Assembly: GCF_004010195.1 (NCBI RefSeq)
Contig: NC_057753.1
Span: 3,022,087 to 3,086,086, forward strand
Reading direction: 5' to 3'
Origin: Chiloscyllium plagiosum
Lineage: Eukaryota
Length of the DNA: 64,000 nucleotides
Position numbers and translations under genes: made by a program
Notes under the pieces: generated by a model
What the model saw: only the letters and a program-made list of their open reading frames with translations
The model's database searches: none
Told to the model about the DNA's origin: nothing
Shown: positions 1 to 11,086 of the stretch, piece after piece
Layout of the letters: the number at the start of each line of letters is the position of its first letter
How positions within the stretch are numbered: the stretch's first letter is position 1

Positions 1-3000
1 GGCTATGAAACTGAGACATGTTCACACTAGATTTCAATGTGAGGAAATTATAGTCGGACTGATCTCATGCTGTGCAGCGCTTGTACTACAAGGCTGTGCA
101 GCGCAGGCTGTGGAACAGTGCCCGTTTCAATGTGCTCAGCTGCAGGAAAGGGATTGAATCTTCCCTGCACGCCCGCCAGTGCCAGTACATCCTTTCTCAA
201 GTAAGGAGTCCAAAATTGCAGGTTTGGCCTCACAAGAACCAACACAACGGCAGCATCATCTCCCTGTTTGTAAATGTAATCCCTCTGAAGGACAGTCTTC
301 CATTTGTCGTCTTGGTTACCTGCTGCACCTGCAAACTAATTGGTTTGACCTGACTGGTTGATCGAGACTGATATATGTCCTATTATAAAGAGCAGGAAGT
401 TAAATCTTTCACATTATCGCTGAGTATTTGCCGTGTACCAATATCTGTATATTCGCTATATTCTGTGCTTGCAAACCGTTGCCACCTTTCTTTTCATGCC
501 AGCATTCCGTCTCTACTTTGTGTTATTGTTTTACAAGATGTATTCATCACTGGCCAGAACCAGCATTTTATTCTCCATCCCACATTTGCCGGGAGAAAGT
601 GGGGATGAGCTGCTTTATTGAATCACTGCAGTCCTTGAGTTCAAGTTCCTGAGTGATTGCAGATGACATTTGTAGTTCTGGTGCAAAGCATCAACACTAG
701 CTCTACTGATTATCGTAGAGCTATTGACCCTTTTAAATTTTCAATCTGTAAGAAATGGCTGTTCATTTCGGCTGTTCATTGCACAAAATGTATAAATCTT
801 CATTGACTGAGGACAGAAAACAAGCCCTGTTGGTTAAAACACGAATTCCTAGCCACGAGAACACCACAGAAACGGCCTCTAAACTTTAACACTTCATTTG
901 TCTGCACTATCTTTCCACTTTCCTCTTTCAGTTCCACCATTTTCACCAGAGTCAAGTTTCTCTATCAAAATGGTATGTTTAAGCAGAACTCAGCCAATTC
1001 CCTCAGTGAATTACACCCTTTGCTTTGAGCTGGCATGTAATGCCGACACTTTTCCTCCTTTAAGACAGTTCCCAAAGCCTACTATCTTTGCCCAAGCTTT
1101 GTCTCAACTCCCCAGAAATGTATCTCGATGTATAACTGTGCAGAAGATGCGTCTGGGCAGCACCTTGGGATACTTCATGACTGCTAAAGAAGTTATGGCA
1201 ATATAAATTCTTGCCAGACAGAAACAGACAGAGACAAAATCATCTCTTGTGAAGAGATTCTTCACAAAACCTCCGCCAGCAGGAGTTATCTGATTAGCTA
1301 CTGTGGCCAATACATCAGGGATTGGAAGACTTCAGAAAAATACAATCTTCTGTTTGCACGGCAGAGTAGTTCCAACTAGTCCCAGAGTTTTCCACAAGTG
1401 CCTTATCCCAGCTAATAGCCTTCTTAATATTCTATGGAAAATATCTCGTGTTTTCCAATTTTCAAAATGGTTAGTGCCCAGAACTGGATGCAAGTCCTTG
1501 GATGAAGCAGCTACAATCATGACAAATGTTTTCTATGTCTCACTGTACAAAGTCTACAATGTCCCTCGTTCATCTTGGTCTCAATGTATCGTGGTGTATT
1601 CACATTTCATTCAAATATGCATGCCAGGAGCCTCTGTTTATGCAATATGTTTGTAGTTACATACGTTCTGTTACATTGATTTATTGTGTTCTTTTAAAAA
1701 GAATTGAAACACTTCACAGTTCTCTGCATTAAATTTCATCTCCCTCTTGGCAACCATTCTGAGAATCGCTTTTTATTCGCTTTGATGTTCTATGTTATGA
1801 ACGCACTTATCGACTATAGCAGAGTCTCTTACTGTCCATAAAATTTGCAGTTGCGCCTGGTGCACCAAATTCAAGTCATCATTAAACATCAAGAAGGCAG
1901 GATCCTAAACTTGAACCATGAGGGGTTTTGCTATGACATTGTATCTGGTCGGGAAATTGAAATGAAAATCGCCTCGGTGAATAACACAATTCCACCAGCA
2001 ATGGGAATTTAAGTTAAAAATAATCAAAGAAAATGCTGTAACTTAACAGAAGATCGGGCAGCAAATGAACAGCTAGAATAGGCTTTACTTTTCATGTTGT
2101 GACATCCACCCATACCTCTGACTGATCTTCATTTTATGTTTTCTCTGAAAGTATTTAATACAAAGGTCCACGCAGAAAAATAGAAGTGATTCAGTAGTCC
2201 GGAAATAAATCCACTTCGTTCACCAGAGGGGAAAAAAAATCTAAAATGTAACACACTCTCATGTCCTTTGTTTTATGAAAAGTTAACGAATCCCTTGCAC
2301 CATTATGATTAACATTTGTTTGGAAATATAGTAGCAATGACCAAATTTGTAACTATCTACCTTTTATTAACAATCACCGGGGGAGACTTTTCAACCAAAA
2401 AAGTACGCAATGTGAAGGCGATAAAGAGCAATCGAGAGAAAAAGAAAACAAATTGGGTAATAGATGTATGCTAAATAAGATGAAAGAAACAGACAAATTA
2501 CTATAGACAACCGTAGAGACACCACAAGGAAACAGAACTTATCCATGAGTATGGAACCTGTGCATCCAGTCGTCTTCTTTTTAGTGCAGATTCATTCTTA
2601 ATCCCAAAACCACTTTCAAATTATCTATATATTCGAGAACGACTTCCTGAAGTTTCACGATGGCCACAAAATAAAGTTCAATTATTCAAGTAATTCAAGG
2701 CATTCACTTCTTGACTCGTATTTTGTACATACGCTGGCTGTTAGCCAGCCATACAGTAGCTCTCAAGTTCCTGTTACGGTCTACACTGAAAAATTGCAAT
2801 TAGTTATTTACTGGCACCTTGTATCACTTTAGATTGCCCTTTATTGAGGAACAACATAGCTTTCACGTTCACAGTTGTCTGAATGAAGAGATCCAAAGTG
2901 ATATAATGAGAAATCGGAGAGAGTGAAAAGAGGACCTCGTCGGAAGAAAATATCGAAAAAGTAACTGACAAAACTAACTAGAGCACACGCAAACATATGG

Positions 3001-3758
3001 GCACAAACATGAAACATCTATTCACAAGAATGCAACAACACGCAGACACTCAAAAATAAATGTTTACCTGCGTGTAACAACTTGCATTATTTTAGACATG
3101 AATTGCAGTGGTCAAGCTCAGAAATAGTTGACGTTATTTATCTGATCTGTTGAAAAGATTCATACATTTAAGAACCGAACAACAACATGGTCAAGCAGTT
3201 AGCACACAATACATGTGATCTCAGGACTGACCTTCATCTTCAATGAGTGGCACTGAAGCCTGTTTCTCAAACAGTTCAACCTTACTTTCATTTCATGATC
3301 TTGTACTTCCATTAAGTCACCAAGGCATTAAAATAGTCTACAGAGTTCAAAGTTACCTACATTTCCAGCAAAGCATTTCACAAATATTTGAAAGATCAAT
3401 ATTGTTCAGGTTCAAATGTTTATTTTGTTTTCGTTTTCTTCACCATGTACTTTTTTTTCTTTTCACTTTCGTAGATTCACAGAGTTATAGAGACCTACAG
3501 CGCGGAGCAGGCCCTCGGTCCCAAATTGGTCCACGCTGACCAAAATGTCCATCAACGCTAATCCTACTTCCTTGCAATTGGTCCATATTCTTCTGAACCT
3601 TTCTGGACCATGTATTATTTTCCTTTTTTGTCTTTAGGAGCGGTGTCAGTGGGGACAGTGGCTGTAGCATTGGCAATGAGAATTGGGAGTCCTAGTGGCT
3701 GTTGGTTAGAACCTTGGCAATGACAGTGGCCAGGGATGGGAATCCAGCAATAGTAGTC

Positions 3759-4083
3759 GGCGGCACGGTGGCACGGTGGTTAGCACTGCTGCCTCACAGC
3801 GCCAGAAACCCGGGTTCAATTCCTGACTCTGGCGACTGACTGTGTGGAGTTTGTACATTCTCCCCGTCTCTGCGTGGGTTTCCTCCAGGTGCTCCGGTTT
3901 CCTCCCACAGTCCAAAGATAAGATGTGCAGGTTAGGTGAATTGGCCATGCTAAATTGCCCATAGTGTTAGGTGATGGGGTAAATTCTAGGGGTATGGGTC
4001 AGTTGCGCTTCGGCGGGTGGGTGTGGACTTGTTGGGCCGAAGGGCCTGTTTCCACACTGTAAGTAATCTAATCTAATCTAATA
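3759..4083 (+). mobile_element. HE1-type V-SINE (tRNA-derived)
   Basis: tRNA-like head with A/B boxes, V-domain GTGTGGAGTTTG..TTCTCCCCGT..GGTTTCCTCCCACAGTCCAAAGA, LINE-like tail and (AATCT)n; absent at the paralogous site ~31770. Confidence 0.92.
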
Positions 4084-4339
4084 TAGACTCAGAGCCTGGA
4101 CACTTGACAGTGGCAACAGAGCCAGCATATCTTGGAGCTTCGCCATCGTTACTGCTGTTTGAAAATGGGACTCCTTGTGGAGCGGAACACGTTACAGAAG
4201 CTTCAAATATACATTGAACAGAAGATGTACTCTTATTTCAGTAATTTGTTTTTGTAACTCAAAATGACACGGAGTCTGACAAAGTAATCATTCAAATCAT
4301 TCATTTTATGTTAATTCAGACAGACAGAGTACAGACAAA

Positions 4340-4905
4340 CTCATGTTACAGCTTTACAAAACTCGGGTGAGGCCGCACTTGGCGTATTGGGTACAGTTCT
4401 AGTCACCGCATTATAGGAAGGACGCAGACGATTTCGAAAGGATTCAGAGGCGATTTAGAAAGGTATTGCCTGGTATGGAGGAAAGGTCTTATGAGGAAAC
4501 GCTGAGGGACTTGAGGCTACTTTTGTTAGAGAGAAGAAGGTTGAGAGGTGAAGTAATTGAGATATATAAGATAATCAGAGGGTTAGAAACGATGGAGTGG
4601 GAACCTTTATCCACAGATGGTGATGAATAGCACGAGGGGTCATAGCTTCAAACTGAAGGATCACACAGGATAGGTGTCAGAGGTAGTTTCTTTACTTAGA
4701 GAGTATTGGGGCGTGGAACGCCCTGCCTGAAACAGTGGTAGACTCGCCAAATTTAGTGACATTTAATGAGTCATTGGATAAACATATTTATGAAAATGGA
4801 ATAGTGTAGGTTAGATGGGCTTCAGATTATTTCCACAGGTCAGCGCAACATTGAGGGCTGAAGGACCTGTACTGCACTGTAATGTTCTGTGTTCCATGTT
4901 CAATG
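4340..4905 (+). mobile_element. CR1/HER1 LINE 3' fragment
   Basis: Degenerate ORF2 C-terminus (LYKTxVRPHL...) plus 3' UTR ending in TGTTCT repeats. Confidence 0.9.
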
Positions 4906-5579
4906 TGAAAGTTTACAAATATTACTTATGCGAATTTGAAGTTGATATGGTGCAGTAAATCAAATATAATATACACGTTTTGATATAACAGTCTTGTATT
5001 TAGTGGCACTAATATAAATGTTGCAACTAACATCCAAAAAGTTGCAACTAATCCCAAGGACGAATATAAATGTTGCAATTAACATTCAGAAAATAACAGA
5101 AGCATCCACGTTTGTTTGATATTGCAACGAATTTGGGTAAAGTAACAACAGATTAAATGTTCTAAATATCAAGTTAAGAGTTAAAATGTTTTTGGATTAA
5201 AGAGCTGAATTCTGCTGGCACGATTTTGATGTGACCAGTAATCTCTTCTGCTCCAAACTATTCTAAGCTCAAAAGATTCTATGAAACATCCTCTCATTTG
5301 GGAAGATTGGAGGAATGATCACTCTGATTCTCATTCAACAATGAAATCGAAGGATTCGTGGGTAGTTGAGAATTAGAAGTGTGAAGAACGCGTTTGTGTT
5401 CTTACAGACTTGTCCCACTCGCCTGTGCCAAATAGATATCCTGAACTGATCTCGTCCCATTTGCCAGCATTTGGACATATTCCTGTAAACCCTTCTTATC
5501 TTTATGCCAATCCAGATGACGTTTAAATGTTGTTATTTTGCCCACTTCCACCAACGCCTCTGGCAGCTCGTTCCATATA

Positions 5580-5730
5580 CAGAGGAACCTCAATTATCCA
5601 GCATCCGATAATCCGAATCTCAGTTTATCTGGTAAGATCAAAAGGTCCAGATGCTTGGCTGAACTGTTTTATGTGGCATTCGATTATCCGAATTTCGATT
5701 ATCCGGACAAAATACTCCCTGTACTTTACT
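5580..5730. mobile_element. Tigger/pogo-like DNA transposon end (paralog at 33168-33310)
   Basis: TA|CAGAGGAACCTC start with repeated ATTATCC(G) motifs; it truncates a minus-strand CR1 tail. Only one end is visible. Confidence 0.5.
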
Positions 5731-6445
5731 TATTGACCTATCGAGCAAACTTCAGAGGTCAAATTATTCACTTAGGTCCATAAATCAGATTTTTGCAGCT
5801 TGTTTTTGTTTTGGTAGACAAGTCAACTGATGTTCAAGAGCAAAGGTATATGGATGGAGTGAAGGCACAAATGAGATATGATCCAATTTACAATCAAGCA
5901 AACCTTGGGAGAAAACGCAGAGTGGATAAAGGTTAAGTTTGTGCTTCGAGAACTTGGGGAATATAATCTGGAAATTAGAAAGACACTGTTGGGGAGAGTG
6001 AATAGGAAGCACATCAGGTGATAGATGTTTGGAAGTCTCCTCCACAAACGAAAGTGCTCCATGGATTAACTGATCATTTTAAATCTGAGACAGATTTTTA
6101 TTTGTTTCGCAAAAATATTAAGAGAAATGGGCCAGAGGCAGGTAGGTGGAGATTGGCCACAGATCAGCCGTCATCACATTGGATGGTGAACAGGTTTGAG
6201 GGGTTGAATTGTCTACCCCTGTTCTTATGTTCTTGAAAACCTATTCCTATTCTTTTAAATGTATTCAGCATATTGAATATAGAGCAGATTGAACTTTGTA
6301 ATATCTAGGACCATGTAGAATGTCGAACCCTCAATAACTCTTCTGAAACCATTCGACCACCTTATGCAAGAACCAACAAATCATGGGGAAACAAAGTGTG
6401 AACTGTGGATGTTGTTCTCTGACGATCCGAGAGTTGATAGCATTA

Positions 6446-6644
6446 TGATTATCTTATATATCTCAATTACTTCACCTCTCAACCTTCTTCTCTCTAACAA
6501 AAGTAGCCTCAGGTCCCTCAGGGTTTCCTCATAAGACCTTTCCTCCATACCAGGCAATACGTTTCTAAATCTCCTCTGAATCCTTTCCAAATCTTCTGCG
6601 TCCTTCCTATAATGCGGTGTCTAGAACTGTACCCAATACGCCAA
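6446..6644 (-). repeat. Inverted copy of 4379-4577
   Basis: 199 bp, about 7 mismatches, shares private mutations with the 4379 copy; absent at paralogous site ~34035. Confidence 0.9.
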
Positions 6645-7873
6645 AATGCTAAAAGAGAATTTGCAACTGACTGACATTTATTCGAGAAGTGAATTCAAAT
6701 GGAAATTTCTTTTTTTTCACGACTGATTACTTTTCACAAAGGGTCGAGTAATGCATTTAGTAATGCAATTGAATTCCAGAATTTTGGCACGACTGAGGCA
6801 GTCTCTGAATTCTTTCTATCACTTTTGTTTGAATAATTAGCAAACATATGGTTGATGACTAGATTGCTGAACAGAACTCAAACATAAACGTACAGTGATT
6901 TTACTTTAAGCAGAATGAAAATTAAATACTGGACTCACAAATAATTCATCACAATTCAATATTAAGAGCAGGCTGCCAAATTCATGTGTACAATTTGCAC
7001 GTTCAGTGTTCTTCCCCTCTTCACTTACGACAGATATCGGACTCAAAATGGTAACTCCACTTTCCCGCCACAAACACTGCCAGACCACTGACTTCCTCCA
7101 ACAATTTCTGTTTTTGTTTTTCCCATTGTCGTTTTAACCTTTCCTAATGCTAATTCATAGATTCCCACGGAAAGAAGCCATTTTGCCCATCAGATCTGCA
7201 CTGAACCTCTGAAGAGCATCCCACCCTGTCCTTGTCAGCTTACATTTACCAAGGCCTACCCATGTTGCCTGCAAATCCGGGGACACGATGGGGCAATTTA
7301 ATATGTTCAGTCCATCTAATCCTCATGTCTTTGGATTGTGGGAGGAAATTCACGCAGGCACGGGGGAAATGTGAAAATTCTGCAAAGTCACCAGAGGCTG
7401 GAGAAGCAGCAAGGAAAGCGACCAGAGCGAGGACCCGGGACTGCCAGGAAGGCAAATTAACATTTGAAACACATACCTCATTAGAGGAGCGGTCTTCATT
7501 ACAACTGAATTGCGGTTTGGAAACGTGAATGAATTGATATAGCTTCTAACTCCAGGTGGCTCATTTGCAATATAATGTTTTCTAACTCCACTGCAATTGT
7601 CCGTTTCTGATACACCTAAGTGCTTGACCAATTCCATTTCGGATGTAGCTTTCCCTTTGTCCCTGTTTAAGCCCAATCCTGACCTCTTTCCTAATTCTAA
7701 AATTATATTCTTCCTCTGTCTTTCTAAACTTTCTTGGCTAAATTTGGGAAGCATCTTCAATCTCTTCAAAATTTTTAAGAGCCATTTTCTTCATTTTTAA
7801 TCGAAATTTTAAATATTTTCTAACTGAAGTTTCATTTAAAGATCTACGAGACTGATCGCCAAGTGTTTCATCT

Positions 7874-8464
7874 TGTTATGCACCAGGGCAGGGTCCCTCA
7901 AAACATTTTAAGAAGGTAGACCAATACCTAACTTCTCGTGCTGTTTTAAGCAAATTTAAGGTGAATATCTCAGGAGCAAGATAGATGGGTCAAACCACTC
8001 GGCTCGAAACAAAACAGAGTTTATTTCCACACTAAAGAAAGAATATGGAATCTGGAATAACACAACTATTTGAAAACACAACCGACACAAAAATGAAACA
8101 TTACAAAGAGCTGTTCTGATTTCCTGCTACAGCTAATAACACGCCCCTTGGCAAAAAGGTAAATTCACTCAGGTTCATACAGGAGGGAGATGTCAGAAAA
8201 AGACAGGGAGCTCTCTCTTTGGGACCCCAGCTGAAACTAAACCAAAACTCGAAATAACATGGAATTGGGAGAAATAACCGCTCCCCTTTCATTGTGCAAG
8301 TTTCTTTTTTTTAAGAAAAACGCTAAAACCTTTTCTGATTTTTCATTTAGGTAGCATCAGTTAGTCATTATTTAAGAAGCTATTTCAGTCATCTTATTAC
8401 CTCCGGTTTTACGACCCCTCCCCCCAAAAATTAAAAACTTTGCAACAGGAGCAGAATCGTCACA
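7874..8464 (-). mobile_element. LTR of the Gmr1-like element
   Basis: TG...CA termini (TGTGACG...ATAACA on minus), preceded on minus by a purine tract (AAATGGGGAAGT); related sequences at 35275-35858 and 17893-18142. Confidence 0.75.
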
Positions 8465-10270
8465 ACTTCCCCATTTAAAAATGAAATAGTAATATCCAAA
8501 GACGTCTTCATTTTAAAGCATCTGAATCTTACATTGTCAGTGCAATACAACACATATACTTTACATTAACAATGACCACCCAAATATGCACTACTGCGTT
8601 CCATTTCTATCCATTTTACCCCTGCCACCGAATGACTCGGTTTCTCATTCAACTGTCAACAATGCGTCAGAATCAGGTTTTCTCACCTTGCCACAAGCAC
8701 AACTTTCCAATTAAAAGTCTGTAACAATGAGTTCCGTCTGAACAGTCTGGCATTTTTGTCCTTTAATTGCTCCCCAAATTTCATTGGATTGTGTTCAGTA
8801 TTTATGATAATCTCATATACATTACTGGTGACATAAATGTTAAAATGTTGTAACGCCAACACAAACATCCAAGTCTCTTTCTCAACTGTTCAATGTTTCG
8901 TCTGATGAATGTTGAATTTCCTGGAAAAGCTTCTGAAAGATGTTTCTTCCTTCTTATTGTCTTCACGTAAGAGCACAACATCGAAGTCCACATTGCTCCC
9001 ATCGAAAGCCACCTTGAATGGCTTTGCATAGTTAGGTGCAGCTAATGTCGGGGCGGTGGTGAACACAGCTGCCAGGCTGTCAAATACCTTCTGACAGTCA
9101 GCTGTTTAGGGGAGCTTCTTGCCTTTCTTTATTACGTCAGCGAGTGAGTGCAGCAGCCACACTGCTAACGTTTGGCACAAATTTCCGATAGAAACCACGC
9201 AATCCCAGAAATCCCAGAAATCCCAGAACTGCACTGTTTGTTGATGGTCTTTCAAATTCACCAATTACCTTTGTTTTATATTCTGTGGGGCCATCTGTCC
9301 ACGTATAGTTACATGGCCCAGGAAAGTGACTTGGGCTTTGGCAAATTCAATCTTAGCCATGTTTATCACCAAGCTTGCCGACTGAAGTCGACAGAACAAT
9401 TCTGATAAATGTTAGAAATGTTCCATCCATGTGTGACTAAATATCACCGGGTCATCAATACAAACTACATAAGTGAGTAATGCGGAAGTGACCTTATTTG
9501 TTAGTCTTTGAAATGTGGCTGGCGCATTTTTCATACTAAATACCATGATGTCAAATTGATGCAGTTCAGTCAGCATTCCAAAAGCCGAAATTCACTTCGA
9601 TCTTTTAGACAAAGGTACTCGCCAGTATACTTTGAATAAGTTCAACTGAGAAATGTAAGTTGTTTGTCCAACCTTCTCAAAACAGTCTTCCAAACGTGAA
9701 TTGGTGATTTTTCAGACTTTGTATCTGCATTGGCTATGGAATAGTACACATATAAGCGTTGAGTACCACCTGGATTTGACACCATTACTATGGGTGGGCT
9801 CCAGTCACTGCAACTTACTTTGAATATGTCATTTTGGGGCATGCGTTCAATCTCCTTTTGAACTTGTGCCGACTTGAGAGTGTGAATTCTGGAAGGATGT
9901 TGCTTAATCGGAACAGCATTTCTGATCTCTACATCATGCATAATGATTTTAGCACTTCCCAGCTTATTTTCATATTTCTCCATGCGAAAGCAAGAGCTCA
10001 TTCATTTCATTTCGATTTTCCTCTGGAAGGTAACTCTATAATTTAGCCCAATTTTTGGCAACTTCTTCATTGTCCAATTTAATTTGAGGAATGTCAGACT
10101 CTGAATCTTCAGAACTTGGTTCTTGACTCTGTATTGTAACAAGCTTCACTATCAAAATATCTTTTGAGCATATTCACATGACACACTCTGTGCGACTTTT
10201 TTTCATGTGGAGTCCTTAACAAATCGTTCACCTCACTCAATCTCCTTTCACCTTGCTAAAGTCCTCTAAA

Positions 10271-11086
10271 CATAGATAAGCTGCAGAGCTGGGCTGAGAG
10301 GTGGCAAATGGAGTTTAATGCAGACAAGTGTGAGGTGATTCACTTTGGTCGGAGTAACCGGAATGCAAAGTATTTGGCTAATGGTAAGATTCTTGGTAGT
10401 GTAGATGAGCAGAGAGATCTCGGTGTCCAGTTACACAGATCCTTGAAAGTTGCCACCCAGGCAGACAGGGTTGGTAAGCAGGCATACAGTGTTTTAACAT
10501 TTATTAATAGAGGGATCGAGTTCCGGAACCATGAGGTTATGCTACAGCTGTACAAAACTCTGGTGCAGCCGCACTTGGAGTATTGTGTACAGTTCTGGTC
10601 ACCACATTGTAAGAACGATGTGGAAGCTTTGGAAAGGGTGCAGAGGAGAATTACTAGGATGTTGCCTGGTATGGAGGGAAGGACGTACGAGGAAAGGCTG
10701 AGGGACTTGCGGCTACTTTCGTTGGAGAGAAGGAGGTTGAGAGGTGACTTAAAAGAGACATATAAGTTAATCAGAGGGTTAGATAGGGTGGACAGGGAGA
10801 GCCTTTTTCCAAGTATGGTGACGGCGAGCACGAGGGGGCATAGCTTTAACTTGAGGGGTGATAGATATAGGACAGATGTCAGAGGTAGTTTCTCTACTCA
10901 GAGAGTAGTAAGGGTATGGAATGCTTTGCCTGCAACGGTAGTAGATTCGCCAACTTTAAGCGCAATTAATTCATCATTGGGCAAGCATATGGACGTATAT
11001 GGAATAGTGTAGGTTAGATGGGCTTCAGATTAGTATGACTGGTAGGCGCAATATCGAGGGCCGAAGAGCCTGTAATGTTCTATGTT
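10271..11086 (+). mobile_element. Relatively young CR1/HER1 3' fragment nested in Gypsy pol
   Basis: ORF 10308-11012 is a CR1 ORF2 C-terminus (MEFNADKC..LYKTLVQPHLEYCVQFWSP..RVWNALP) plus tail; Gypsy sequence resumes on both sides. Confidence 0.93.

Larger units (their letters stand above)
1..7401. repeat. Partial segmental-duplication unit (3' flank of a predicted upstream GPCR copy)
   Basis: 1-150 matches 21530-21670 and 52975-53110; 155-7400 is collinear with 28015-34770 and 53770-58405, roughly 80-90% identical by eye. Confidence 0.9.

Noticed and set aside
3759..3835. tRNA genes here and at 49119
   Set aside because: These are tRNA-derived SINE heads continuing into the V-domain, with no complete cloverleaf.
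10308..11012. 234-aa intact ORF as a host gene
   Set aside because: It is the C-terminus of CR1 ORF2 in a 5'-truncated insertion followed by the LINE tail.
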